DNA from: Planctomycetota bacterium
Lineage (GTDB): Bacteria; Planctomycetota; GCA-002687715; CAIWVZ01
Length of the DNA: 64,000 nt
Reading direction: 5' to 3'
Assembly (NCBI GenBank): GCA_044222185.1
Contig: JBGANV010000006.1
Coordinates: 160,001-224,000 of the forward strand
Position 1 is the first letter of the stretch, and each line of letters starts with the position of its first letter. The position numbers and the translations under genes are program-made. The notes beneath the pieces are model-generated. The model did no database searches. It was not told the DNA's origin and worked only from the letters and a program-made list of their open reading frames with translations. Shown here piece by piece: positions 26,853 to 37,152 of the stretch.

Positions 26853-28547
26853 ATGAAGCTCATCATTGCGGTGATCGCCGTCACGGCGATGGCGCTCGGC
26901 CAGGTCGCGGGCGTGCCCGTGCTCGGGAAGCACGGGATGGTCGTCTCGGCTTCGGCCGCGGCGACGGACGCGGGAGTGGAGATCCTGAAGGCCGGCGGCA
27001 CGGCCGTCGACGCGGCGGTGGCCGTGGGATTCGCGCTCGCCGTCACGCTGCCGGAAGCCGGCAACCTGGGCGGCGGCGGATTCATCGTGGCGCGGCTGGC
27101 CGGCGGATCGGAAGTGGCTCTCGACTTCCGCGAGATGGCGCCCAAGGCGGCGACGGCCGATCGGTATCTCGACGAGAACGGGCATGCCGATACGCGTCGT
27201 TCACGGGCCGGCGGGCTGGCTTCTGGCGTTCCCGGCTCCGTCGCCGGACTGTGCCGTTTCCTCGAGAAGCACGGGACGCTTCCGCTGAAACAGGTGATGG
27301 CTCCGGCGATCCGACTTGCTTTCGACGGTTGGCCCATCACGCAAGGGCTCGTGCGCGAGCTGAACGCGAAGCCCACGCGCGAGTTGCTCGGAGCCTTCGC
27401 CGAGAGCCAACGCATCTTCCTCGCGGGCGCCGGCGCGCTCGAAGCGGGACAGCCGTTCAAGCAGCCCGAACTCGCGCGGACACTCACGCTCATCGCCGAG
27501 AAGGGGCCGGACGTCTTCTACCGGGGCGAGATCGCCGAACTCGTCGTCGCGGAGATGAAGCGATGTGGCGGCGCGATCACCCTGGAGGACATGGCGGGCT
27601 ACGTCGTGAAGGAGCGCACTCCGCTCACGACTCAGTATCGCGGCCGCCGCGTCATCACGATGCCGCCGCCGTCGTCGGGAGGCGTGGCGCTGATCGAGAT
27701 GCTGAACCTGCTCGAGCCTCAACCGGTCGCCGCCATGGGATTCGGTTCCGAGCGGGGGACGCACGTGCTCGCGGAAGTCATGCGCCGCGCGTTCTTCGAT
27801 CGCGCCACGTGGCTCGGCGATCCGGATTTCGCGAGCGTCCCCGCGCACGGGCTGACGTCGCGCACCTACGCCGCCGTCGTGCGGGGAACCCTCGGCGAGA
27901 CCGCCGCGGCCTCGCTTCCACTCAAGCTCCCGGACCCATTCGCTTTCGAGAAGAGCGAGACGACACACTTCTCCGTCGTCGACGACGACGGGAACGCGGT
28001 CGCGTGCACGACGACGTTGAACGGGGGATTCGGGTCGGGGGTCACCGTCACGGGTGCGGGGTTCCTGCTCAACAACGAGATGGACGATTTCGCGGTGACG
28101 CACGGCGTCCCCAACATGTTCAACCTGATCCAGAGCGACCGGAACAAGATCGAGGCGGGGAAGCGGCCGTTGTCGTCGATGACGCCCACGATCCTCGTGA
28201 AGGACGGCAAGGTCGAACTGGTCGTGGGGAGCCCGGGTGGGCCCACGATCATCAACACGGTGTTGCAGATCGTGCTCGACGTCGTCGATCACGAGATGAC
28301 GGTGAGCCAGGCCGTGGCGGCGCCGCGCATCCATCACCAGTGGTTGCCGGACCGTCTCGAGGTCGAGCCCTTCGGCCTGGCGCCTGAAGTGATCGCGGGT
28401 CTCGAGCGGCGCGGTCACAAGGTGGTGGTCCGCGGCAAGCTCGGCGCGCCGCAGTTCCAGGGCGATGCCCAGGTGATCGGGCGCTTCGGATCCCGTTGGG
28501 CCGGCGCCGCCGACCCGCGTCACGAAGGCAAGGCCGCCGGGTTCTGA
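26853..28547 (+). CDS. ggt: Gamma-glutamyltransferase
   Basis: GG.AVDAAVA, GNLGGGGF, DFRE.AP, TTHFS nucleophile, LLNNEMDDF, KRPLSSM, GSPGG, ADPR. Confidence 0.96.
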   Translation: MKLIIAVIAVTAMALGQVAGVPVLGKHGMVVSASAAATDAGVEILKAGGTAVDAAVAVGFALAVTLPEAGNLGGGGFIVARLAGGSEVALDFREMAPKAATADRYLDENGHADTRRSRAGGLASGVPGSVAGLCRFLEKHGTLPLKQVMAPAIRLAFDGWPITQGLVRELNAKPTRELLGAFAESQRIFLAGAGALEAGQPFKQPELARTLTLIAEKGPDVFYRGEIAELVVAEMKRCGGAITLEDMAGYVVKERTPLTTQYRGRRVITMPPPSSGGVALIEMLNLLEPQPVAAMGFGSERGTHVLAEVMRRAFFDRATWLGDPDFASVPAHGLTSRTYAAVVRGTLGETAAASLPLKLPDPFAFEKSETTHFSVVDDDGNAVACTTTLNGGFGSGVTVTGAGFLLNNEMDDFAVTHGVPNMFNLIQSDRNKIEAGKRPLSSMTPTILVKDGKVELVVGSPGGPTIINTVLQIVLDVVDHEMTVSQAVAAPRIHHQWLPDRLEVEPFGLAPEVIAGLERRGHKVVVRGKLGAPQFQGDAQVIGRFGSRWAGAADPRHEGKAAGF

Positions 28548-28571
28548 TTCGCGAATCGAGGGAGACTCACC

Positions 28572-29024
28572 GTGCCGACGCGTCGTCAGAAGTCGACCGA
28601 CAAGAGCTGGTACGCCGGCGGCCTGCGCTTTCAGTGCACGCAGTGCGGCAACTGCTGCAAGAACCACGGCGAGTACTCCTACGTCTACCTCTCGAAGGTC
28701 GAGCTGGACGCGATCCCCAAGTTCCTCGGGATCACGAAGAAGGAGTTCCTCGCGCAGTACTGCATCAAGGAGCCCGGCTCGCTCGTGAGCTTGCGGATGG
28801 ATCAGCCAGCGTGCCCGTTCCTCCATGCGGACAATCGTTGCGCGATCTACCCCGTGCGACCCAAGCAGTGCGCGACCTGGCCGTTCTGGGAGCACAACCT
28901 CGTGCCGCAAGTGTGGAACGGACCCGTGAAGGAGTGCTGCCCCGGGATCGACAAGGGCCAGCTCTACTCCGCGGACGAGATCACGCGCACGGCGCGTGAA
29001 ACCGAAGCCTGGTACGAAGTGTGA
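28572..29024 (+). CDS. YkgJ family cysteine-cluster protein
   Basis: F.CTQCGNCC, CPFL....C.IY..RP.QC.TWPFW, CPG. Confidence 0.88.
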   Translation: MPTRRQKSTDKSWYAGGLRFQCTQCGNCCKNHGEYSYVYLSKVELDAIPKFLGITKKEFLAQYCIKEPGSLVSLRMDQPACPFLHADNRCAIYPVRPKQCATWPFWEHNLVPQVWNGPVKECCPGIDKGQLYSADEITRTARETEAWYEV

Positions 29025-29028
29025 CGAG

Positions 29029-31326
29029 TCAGGGCGAGCGCCCGACCGTCGCGCGGAAGAACCTCCACGGAGATCGGGCAACCACGGCGAGTCCGTCCGC
29101 CCCCATGGCTTCGATGCGGACACCGATGACGAAGTAGACGTTCGCGTCTCCCGAGCTCAATTGCGCCATGTCCGCGTCGTTCACCGGCCGCCCGTCGGAC
29201 CACGCGACGCTCTCGACAGGCGTGGGCGATGCCATGCGGAACTCCAGCTCGTCGCCGTGGCGATCGAGAAACCGGACCGCGGTCCGGTAGGCGAGCATCA
29301 GTTGACCGGTGGGCGGTCGAACGGATGCGGAGACGATGACTCGCAGCTCCGATGCGCCCTCTGGGACGCGGAAGCGGATCGGCGCATGCATCAGGTCCTC
29401 GACGGGTAGCGACTCCACCGGGGACACGATGGTGATCGTGGGAAGTGACGCCAGAACGGTTGGCGGTGAGGTGAATGCGGCTCCGTCGAGTCGCACCTCG
29501 CGCAGGGCGACGGCCATCGGCCAGTCCGCACCGGCGGGCGCCCCGACCGTGACGGGCTGCTTCGCGGACGCCCGCAGGGCGTCGACGCCGATGCGCGCCG
29601 TCTTGTTTCCTGTTTCGGTAACCCACGTGAGCACGACGGGCTCGGTTCGGCCCTCGTCGCACCGGGCTTGCAGAAGGACCCCGCCGACGGCGCGAGACGG
29701 AGGCGGTGCATCGAAGACCGCCGCACGGCCGCCACGGTCGAGCCGTGTCGACGCGCCGCCGACAGTGAACGGCGGGAGGGGCCTGCACACGGGCACGAGC
29801 CGATCCCCATCGGCCTTCAGCACGTGGATCGGACCCGGGAATTCGGCGAGCTCGGGCAAGGCGTCGATCGACGCGAGGTCGGGGCGGCACAAGACCGCAG
29901 CCGGAGCGCGGCGGAACGGCGGTCTCATGGCGAAGCGCATGAACGTGGAGATCATGGGTACGCCGCCCCGCAGGAATTCCGGATCGATCACCACGACCAA
30001 GGCGTCCGGTGTCGCGCTGACCTGTGCCTCGATGGATTCGAGCCGGCCCCGAACGGCGTCACCCACGTCGAGTTCGCTCCGAGCGTAATGGAGAGCGACG
30101 TCGGCGGAGATCGCGATGAATGGCAGCAGGCCGGCAATGGCGGCTCGGCGCGCGCGTCGGGCCTCGACGCCGCCAACCGTCAGGCCGATGAATCCACTCA
30201 GTGCGCAGGTCGCCGGGTAGTACGCGCGGCCGTGCAGGTTCTGGTCCGTGAGCGGGAGCAGAAGCAGGGGAACCAGCGTGAAGATGACGGCGCACGCGCC
30301 GACGACGAACAGGACCACGCCTCGTCGTCCCTTCGACAGCGCCGCCAGGCCCGTCGGGACCACGAGTGCGATCGCTGCGGCCGTCGAGAGGCCTGCGAAC
30401 TTCATCGCCGAGTCGCCACCGAACCAGGTCGCGAGTCGCGGGGCGAGGGATGCGAACTCGGGCGCGCGGTTCCAAGGCACCAGCAACGTGCGAAACGCGG
30501 CCCAAAGACCCGATGCGACGCCTCCATCGAGGTGGATCGACGAACCCAGATACGTTCCCACGATTCCCTGCACGTAGGTCGCTCGGACGAGCAACGCGAG
30601 AACCATGGATCCCGTCGTGACGACCAGCGCCGTCCACGCAATCGGGCGCCCCCGCACGTGGTCCAGGCCGACGCGGCAAGCGAGCGCGGCGGGGACGAGG
30701 AACAGTGCCGTTTCCTTCGCGAGCTGCGCCAGCACGATGCAAAGTCCCACGTGGATGAGTGTGGCGTTGCGACGAGACTCGGCATGTCGCAGGAGCTGTA
30801 GCGTCGCGAGCAGCATCCAGAGGACCGCGAGCTCGTCGCCCATGGCCGACGCCCAACTCGTGGCCTGCGAACCACCGGGAAGCACCGCGAAGGCGACGCC
30901 AGCCATGACTCCCGCTGTACGCCTCGAAAGCCGCGCGACGATCCGCAGCAGGAGCACGGCCCCCGCCCCGTGGATTGCGAGCATCGCGGCGTGGAACACC
31001 GTCGGGTCGGCAAACCCTCCGCACACTTTCAGCAGGACCCACCACGTCGCCCACATGACCGGGCGAAAGTAGTACCGGTTGTCCGGTTTGGGGGTGTCGC
31101 CAGCCGAGGGCGCCTGGAACATGGCGGCGAGAGTGGGGTCGTCGAAGGGGGCGAACGGCTCCAGGCCAAGCAGCGCGCCGGCACGCGGAATGGTGAAGTA
31201 GTCGTCGAACTGGAACGGCATCCGCACGCTCCACCCGTGACTGAGCAAGGCGAGCGCGAAAACGATGACGGCCGCAGGGCGAAGCGACGGGTTCTCAGCG
31301 GGTGGCTGCTGGTCTCTGCCTTCCAT
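29029..31326 (-). CDS. Polytopic membrane protein, probable GT-C (PMT-like) glycosyltransferase with periplasmic C-terminus
   Basis: F..DDY after TM1, YYFRP, FH...L..H, AKETA, R..YP; roughly 10 TM helices. Confidence 0.65.
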   Translation of the reverse strand: MEGRDQQPPAENPSLRPAAVIVFALALLSHGWSVRMPFQFDDYFTIPRAGALLGLEPFAPFDDPTLAAMFQAPSAGDTPKPDNRYYFRPVMWATWWVLLKVCGGFADPTVFHAAMLAIHGAGAVLLLRIVARLSRRTAGVMAGVAFAVLPGGSQATSWASAMGDELAVLWMLLATLQLLRHAESRRNATLIHVGLCIVLAQLAKETALFLVPAALACRVGLDHVRGRPIAWTALVVTTGSMVLALLVRATYVQGIVGTYLGSSIHLDGGVASGLWAAFRTLLVPWNRAPEFASLAPRLATWFGGDSAMKFAGLSTAAAIALVVPTGLAALSKGRRGVVLFVVGACAVIFTLVPLLLLPLTDQNLHGRAYYPATCALSGFIGLTVGGVEARRARRAAIAGLLPFIAISADVALHYARSELDVGDAVRGRLESIEAQVSATPDALVVVIDPEFLRGGVPMISTFMRFAMRPPFRRAPAAVLCRPDLASIDALPELAEFPGPIHVLKADGDRLVPVCRPLPPFTVGGASTRLDRGGRAAVFDAPPPSRAVGGVLLQARCDEGRTEPVVLTWVTETGNKTARIGVDALRASAKQPVTVGAPAGADWPMAVALREVRLDGAAFTSPPTVLASLPTITIVSPVESLPVEDLMHAPIRFRVPEGASELRVIVSASVRPPTGQLMLAYRTAVRFLDRHGDELEFRMASPTPVESVAWSDGRPVNDADMAQLSSGDANVYFVIGVRIEAMGADGLAVVARSPWRFFRATVGRSP

Positions 31327-31596
31327 CTTTCGGCGCGATCTTACACGCCGCCGTCACGGGCCGCCGCCTCGGGGATTCTGCCGCTTGTCGAAGCTCGCGG
31401 GATCTATGAACCTTCTGTGCCCGTGCAACCGCGACACGCCCGCTGCGCCCCCCAGTGGATGTGGAGCGTGGGTCTGGCCGAAAAACGGCTGGTGGCGCCA
31501 CGTGCGCCAGGAGCCGGCCGGTTCGGCTGGCCACATCACGCGGATCGACGGTCGAGGTCGTCCTCGTCGCGCCGTCGTCCGTCTGGAGTCGACTTC

Positions 31597-32931
31597 GTGA
31601 CACAACAACGGCGTCCATCGTGCGCGGTTCGGTACGCGGTTCCCGTCGCCCTCGCGCTGACGGCGTGGGTCTCGCCGTGGCTCGCCGCCCAGTCGTCCGC
31701 TTCCGACGGAACGACGCCCACGATCACCATCCGGTCGGGCACGGCCGTTCTGACCGTTCCCTGGAAGGACGACGTGGCACTCGCCGAGGGGATTCGCCAG
31801 CTTTCGGGAGCCGGCGGCGGGAGCATCGAGTTCTCGGCGGGCACCTACGAGTTCGGCCGCGGGATGAACGTCCACACGATCAAGAACGTGGCGCTCGTCG
31901 GGCGGCCGGGCGTCGTCTTCCGCATGCGCAAGCTCACCGAGTGGGGGCTCATCAAGACCATCGGTTCCCACGCACCCGACGAGAAGCTCTTCGAGGTGGA
32001 CCGCCCGGACCTCATGACCGTCGGGGCGCGCTACCAGCTCTTCTACCCGGATCAGCACGGGAACCGGTTCTTCGAGTGCCTCGTGTCCGGGATCGAAGGC
32101 TCGAAGATCAAGCTGTCGATCGCGAACGTCACTCACCCGAGCGTTCCCGTGATCGGCCCGGGCGCCTTCGTCGTCCCAGAGATCAACTTCCTCGACGGAT
32201 GGCAGTGCAGCGACATCCAGATTCGGGACATCACCTTCGACGGTGGCGTGTCGATCGGCGACGTCAAGCTGAACGGGCAGCCGTTCTATGGGCACACGAC
32301 GCACTGCGGACTGGTCTTCCGCAACGCGTACAAGGGGACGACTCCACGGCCTGCGGGACGCAACATCCGGATCGAGGGGTGCTCGTTCCGCAATTTCCTC
32401 GGGCGCGGCGCCGCGATCTACAACACCTCCGACGTGACGGTGCGCGACTGCGAGTTCGAGTCCATCCGCACGGAGGGGTTGGAGATCGATCACTGGTCGC
32501 TGGGCGCGACGATCGTCGGCTGCTCGTTCCGCGAGTGCGGAAGTTGCATGCAATTGAACGACTGCAACGAGACGATCGTCACGGGGTGTCGGTTCTCCGA
32601 CTCGGGACGCGGGATCTACGTCCTGGATGCTCTGCACGATCTCACGACGAATCGCGAGCTGTCGATCACGGGCAACATCTTCACGCGGATGCGCGACGGG
32701 GCCGTCGTGTTGGATCCCCATGCCGACGCGAACGTGATCGCCTCCAACGTGTTTCGCGACTGCGTGCCGCGCGCCGTCGAGATCGGCGGCGACCGAGTCG
32801 TCTGCACGGGCAACGTCATCACCGGATCGACGGAGTGCGGCGTGAAGGTCACCGGCAAGGACTGCGTGGTCGAGAGCAACTCGATCGTCGCGCCGGCCCA
32901 AGGCGCCGGGTTCGTCGCCATCAAACGGTGA
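31597..32931 (+). CDS. Secreted right-handed parallel beta-helix protein (pectin lyase-like)
   Basis: ggag RBS then GTG 31597, signal (LAA|Q), GGG.I.F.AGTY, repeated I.GC.F / I.GN.F rungs. Confidence 0.8.
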   Translation: MTQQRRPSCAVRYAVPVALALTAWVSPWLAAQSSASDGTTPTITIRSGTAVLTVPWKDDVALAEGIRQLSGAGGGSIEFSAGTYEFGRGMNVHTIKNVALVGRPGVVFRMRKLTEWGLIKTIGSHAPDEKLFEVDRPDLMTVGARYQLFYPDQHGNRFFECLVSGIEGSKIKLSIANVTHPSVPVIGPGAFVVPEINFLDGWQCSDIQIRDITFDGGVSIGDVKLNGQPFYGHTTHCGLVFRNAYKGTTPRPAGRNIRIEGCSFRNFLGRGAAIYNTSDVTVRDCEFESIRTEGLEIDHWSLGATIVGCSFRECGSCMQLNDCNETIVTGCRFSDSGRGIYVLDALHDLTTNRELSITGNIFTRMRDGAVVLDPHADANVIASNVFRDCVPRAVEIGGDRVVCTGNVITGSTECGVKVTGKDCVVESNSIVAPAQGAGFVAIKR

Positions 32932-32943
32932 GGCGCGGCGCGA

Positions 32944-35900
32944 TCACAGCCCGGCCTTCACCTCGGCGGGCGGAAGGGCGAAGAGTGGAACGATCACCGG
33001 CTCCTCGCGTTGGAGCAGGTGATAGGTGAGGACGGCGGAGTAGCTGGCGGCGATCGGCGGGAGGATCCCGAGAACGTCGAGGTCCGTCGATTCTCCGGCG
33101 CGCAATCCGCCAGATGGCAGCGAGGCGAAGATCACGCGCGGAGCGGGAACGAAAGTGCCGTCCGCGTCCTTGAACCGCCACTGGAGTTGCGGTGCGTGAA
33201 GCGACTCGCCGCCCGGGAGGTAGCGCCCCGACGCGTTCGTCACGACGAAACGCGCGTGGAACATCTGTCCGGCGGCCATCGCGGGGAGCGCGGCTCCTCC
33301 GCCCTGGCGCGCGGTCAGGAGCACGGACGGTGCGGACTCGGCGGGCCTGGTCTCCAGTCCGGCCAGGAGTCGCGCGAGCTCGGCCTCGGCTTCCGGTCGC
33401 CTGGGGCCCGCAGCGCGGAGCCGCGCGATCCCGCGCTCGCACTCGGCGCGGTTCCCGGATTCGCGCGCGGCGCGCACGAGCAGCCACCAGCCGCTGCCGA
33501 CCATGGCGTCGTCCGCTTCGCCCAGATCGCGGAACGATGCGACGGCCGTCGCGGCGTCGTGATACATGAGCGCGGTCCGCGCCCCGACGATCGCCTCGAA
33601 GACGCGGGCGGCATGGGCCTGTTCACCAGCGCCGAAGCGCGCGTCGAAAGCCGCGCGGGCCGCCGGAGCCGCGATCGGGTCCGACCCGTTCATGAGGTGG
33701 AGCAGCGCCGCACCCGTGTCGGGCGTCGGCGGCAGGCGTTCGGCCGCTTGTTCGAGACCGCGTTGGACCCACGTGTTCGCCCAGATCTCGCGCCACGAAT
33801 TCAGCATCCGCTCGATCGGCGTGGGATCGCCCAGCCGAGCGAGGCCGTCGATGGCGCGCCGCACGATGCCCGGGTGCCATTCGACGTCGAGGGCCATCCG
33901 TAGGACGTCGGTTCCGGACGGATCGCCGAGGGAAGCCAGGGCCGAGGCGGCGAGGATCCGCGTTTCGATCAGCCCGCCCTCCAATGCGATCCGCAGTTCG
34001 GGGAGCACTTCCTTCATGCCGTGTTCGGCCATGTAGGCGGCGGCGGCGAAGCGCGCTTCGAGCACGGTGATGCGGTTCGCCTGCTCGCGCACGAATGGCA
34101 GCCGTGCGGGATCGTTCATGAACGCGAGGAAGTGCAAGAGCGGAAGGTGCAGGGGAGAGTCGGGCGGGAGCGCGGGCATCCGCCTGACGACCACTTCGGA
34201 CATGCGACGCAGCGCGTCCTGTCCGAGGAGCGGCTTGCGGCTCTCCTCCTGCTCGATCGCGGGCGACTCGATGATCTTCATCAGGGCCGTGACGAGCGTA
34301 CCGAAGGCGCTTCCATCGTCGGCCTCGAGTCGATCGACGAGGGCTTCGAATCGTTTCTTCAGCGAGCCGCGCTCGTCTCCGGCGTTCGACGGGCGGTCGC
34401 CGTTCCAGTAGGCGTCGATCTTCGCGTCGAAAGCGTCCAGGAGGGCGAGCAGGCGCTGTGCCTCCGCGTCGTTCTCGTCGAAGATGTCGCGCAGTTCACC
34501 CGGGTCGGCTCGCAGATCGTACGACTCCCAGACGTTGGCGTGCGGCTTCCAGATCAGCTTGCGATCACCGGACCAGACGGCACGCTCCCAGGACCTGGGC
34601 CATCGCGCGGGCTCGGCAGTGCGCTCCGCGTAGGCGGCGTCGGGCCAGGCGCAGCGCACGCCGGCGATCAGCGGAGTGAGATCCCGGCCGAGCCGCTGGA
34701 AGCCATCCTCGACACCCACGAGGGACAACGTCGTACGCGACACGTCCGACAGAGAGACCCACGAGTCGAACGTCTGAGGCGGGAGTCCCGGGATGCGGAT
34801 CATCAGAGGAACGCGGACCTGGTGATCGTGAAGGCTCGATCCGTGCTCGCGATTGTTGTGCTCGCCGAAGCCTTCGCCGTGATCGCCGAAGAGGACGACG
34901 ATCGTGTTCTTGTCGAGCCCCAGCTTCGCCATCTCGGCGAACAGCCGGCCGATCTGTTCGTCGGCGAAGGCGATCTCTCCGTCGTAGACGTCCTTGGGTG
35001 TCCTGCCGAAGTCGTGTGCCTGGTGGAAGTAGTACGGCGCGTGCGGCTCCATGTAGTGCAGCCACAGGAAGAACGGCCTCGAACCCTCGGAGCCGTATTG
35101 GCGCATGAGGGCCAGCCCCTGATCCGTCACCTCGTTGGCACGAAGCTCTTCGTCGCGATGGCCCGGGTTCATCACGGCGAAGCCCGCCTTCGATGCCGCG
35201 AGCGGCGGCTGATCCTGCACGATCTTGTAAAACGCCGTGACGCCGATCGTCTGGCGTCCGGCGAGTGCCAGGCGGCTCGGCACCGAGAAGTCCGCAGGAA
35301 CGGGGAACTTGACGCCGTACTCGGCTGCGTACGCCGGGGTCACGCGTGCGAAGAGTCCCGTCATGAGGCTCGAGTATCCCGCGGCGCTCGCCGGAGCCGG
35401 TGAGATCGCGCGGCGGAACCAGCTCGACTGCCTCGCGAACGCGTCGATGTTGGGCGACGTCTCGCGCGGGTAGCCGTAGGCATGGATGTGGTCCGCGCGG
35501 AGGGCGTCGACCGCGAGCCACAGCACGTTCAGATTCCGCCGGCCGGGAAGCCTGGCGTCGAGGACGCGCGCGACTTCCCCGGCATCGTAGACGGGATCGA
35601 CGGAGATCGGCTCGGCGGCGGCTGCGCGCCGCGGTCGCTCGATCGGTGCGTAGGGGGAGAGCAGCCACTCGGCCGCCGTCATCGACTCTGCCGCGACGGG
35701 GATGGGCGTGTTGGCGATCGCGGATCGGATGGCGTGAGCGTCTGGCCGACCTCGCTCGCCAGCTTGCGCGGCGATCGCCGCGCCGAGCGCGAGCAGGACC
35801 AGGACGGCCTCGGTGGTCGGGCGTGTCCGGAAACCGGCGAGCAGCAGCCGCGCGGCAGCGGATGCGGCGATCCACGCACCGAGGATCAGCTGGAGCTTGA

Positions 35901-36423
35901 TCCAGGGATAGGCCCCGAAACGGTTGAGCTCGACCCAGGCGAACGCGACGGCACCGGCGACGCCGACCATCGCAGCCACCGTGCGCCACCGCAGGGCCGC
36001 GCGCTCGAGTCGGCGCAGGGCCATGAGCCCGACGACCACGCCGAGCGCACCGAGGACTCGCAGCGCCCAGGCTGCGAGGGGTGCCCAGCTCCGCGTTCGG
36101 ACCCAGTTCCCCGAGAACGTGCCCGCATTCAGCCAGATGAACACCGCCGCTGGCGCCACGGCCGAGATCACGCCCGCGATGGACGAGCGACCCCGGCGCC
36201 GCTGGCTCACGGCGAGGGCGGTGAGTGCGGCGACGACGATCCCCAGCGCGCACCCCGAGATCAGGGCACAGGCCAGGGCGTATCTCCAAGCGCTTGCGAC
36301 GCGCTCACCGTCCGTCACGAGGAACCCGGCGGCGACCGCGATGACGGCGCCTGCGCAGCTCGAAACGAGCATGCGAACCGCAGCGGAGAAACTGCCGGAT
36401 GATGACGGGGGCGCTTCGGGCAT
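32944..36423 (-). CDS. Membrane-bound sulfatase-like / LTA-synthase-like transferase with HEAT repeats and C-terminal Ig-like domain
   Basis: About 7 N-terminal TMs, NV.W..VDALRADH, YGY.R.TSPNID, FFLWLHYMEPHAPY, YDGEI..AD, GDHGE, HG, RVPL; HEAT-like helices. Start 36423 (alternative 36453). Confidence 0.8.
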   Translation of the reverse strand: MPEAPPSSSGSFSAAVRMLVSSCAGAVIAVAAGFLVTDGERVASAWRYALACALISGCALGIVVAALTALAVSQRRRGRSSIAGVISAVAPAAVFIWLNAGTFSGNWVRTRSWAPLAAWALRVLGALGVVVGLMALRRLERAALRWRTVAAMVGVAGAVAFAWVELNRFGAYPWIKLQLILGAWIAASAAARLLLAGFRTRPTTEAVLVLLALGAAIAAQAGERGRPDAHAIRSAIANTPIPVAAESMTAAEWLLSPYAPIERPRRAAAAEPISVDPVYDAGEVARVLDARLPGRRNLNVLWLAVDALRADHIHAYGYPRETSPNIDAFARQSSWFRRAISPAPASAAGYSSLMTGLFARVTPAYAAEYGVKFPVPADFSVPSRLALAGRQTIGVTAFYKIVQDQPPLAASKAGFAVMNPGHRDEELRANEVTDQGLALMRQYGSEGSRPFFLWLHYMEPHAPYYFHQAHDFGRTPKDVYDGEIAFADEQIGRLFAEMAKLGLDKNTIVVLFGDHGEGFGEHNNREHGSSLHDHQVRVPLMIRIPGLPPQTFDSWVSLSDVSRTTLSLVGVEDGFQRLGRDLTPLIAGVRCAWPDAAYAERTAEPARWPRSWERAVWSGDRKLIWKPHANVWESYDLRADPGELRDIFDENDAEAQRLLALLDAFDAKIDAYWNGDRPSNAGDERGSLKKRFEALVDRLEADDGSAFGTLVTALMKIIESPAIEQEESRKPLLGQDALRRMSEVVVRRMPALPPDSPLHLPLLHFLAFMNDPARLPFVREQANRITVLEARFAAAAYMAEHGMKEVLPELRIALEGGLIETRILAASALASLGDPSGTDVLRMALDVEWHPGIVRRAIDGLARLGDPTPIERMLNSWREIWANTWVQRGLEQAAERLPPTPDTGAALLHLMNGSDPIAAPAARAAFDARFGAGEQAHAARVFEAIVGARTALMYHDAATAVASFRDLGEADDAMVGSGWWLLVRAARESGNRAECERGIARLRAAGPRRPEAEAELARLLAGLETRPAESAPSVLLTARQGGGAALPAMAAGQMFHARFVVTNASGRYLPGGESLHAPQLQWRFKDADGTFVPAPRVIFASLPSGGLRAGESTDLDVLGILPPIAASYSAVLTYHLLQREEPVIVPLFALPPAEVKAGL

Positions 36424-36546
36424 TGGCGGCGGCGTGCGGGGGTCGGGGAGCATACCAGTCCCGCCGGCGCTCGATCGATCCTCACGAAGCCGCGCGTGCT
36501 GCGCGAGCGTGAAAAACTTCGTGTATGTTCCCGCTGTGCATCGGTG

Positions 36547-37152
36547 ATGAGCGAAAACAACCCTGATTCCACCGCGACCCGGTCCCTGATCCTGCGCGCG
36601 AAGGGCGGTGAGCGCGAGGCGTTCGAGGCCCTGTTCGCCACCGCGGCGCCACGGGTCGCGGCCTACGTCGAGGTTCGCCTGGGGCTCGAGCTGCGGTCGC
36701 GGCTCGAGGTGGGTGACGTCCTCCAGGAGACGTGGCTGGCCGCCGTCGCCGGCCTTCGCGAATTCGAACCCGCCGGTCCCGGCGCCTTTCTTCGGTGGCT
36801 CTGCCGCATCGCGGAACACCGGATCCGGGACCTGGCGGAGCATTTCGACGCACAGAAACGTCGTGGCGAGGTGCAGTGCGGCTCGGCGATCGACGTCGCA
36901 TTCCGCGAATCCATGACCGGGATCACGACCGCCGCGATCCGCGACGAAACCCGCGGCCGACTCGTGCTGGCGCTCGCCGAGCTCGACGCGGACCTGCGAG
37001 CGGTCGTCCTCGCGCGGTTCTTCCGCGGCCTCACGCTGGAGGAGATCGCAGCCGAGTCCGGTCGCAGCCTGGCGACGATTCACAGGCAGCTTGGGCGTGC
37101 CGTCGTCCGGCTCGGCACGCGTCTCAGGGATCTGGCGGAGGACGTGTCGTGA
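36547..37152 (+). CDS. ECF RNA polymerase sigma factor, kinase-associated type
   Basis: T..LILRA..G.REAFE.LF, DVLQET, FLRWL..IA, R.VV.ARFF.GLTLEEIA. Confidence 0.9.
   Translation: MSENNPDSTATRSLILRAKGGEREAFEALFATAAPRVAAYVEVRLGLELRSRLEVGDVLQETWLAAVAGLREFEPAGPGAFLRWLCRIAEHRIRDLAEHFDAQKRRGEVQCGSAIDVAFRESMTGITTAAIRDETRGRLVLALAELDADLRAVVLARFFRGLTLEEIAAESGRSLATIHRQLGRAVVRLGTRLRDLAEDVS

Noticed and set aside
36424-37148. Extended starts of ORFs 32944-37083 and 36732-41330 (likewise 6453, 30970, 42725, 50912)
   Set aside because: They overlap neighbouring real genes or intergenic DNA; downstream starts have signal peptides, RBS or coupling evidence.
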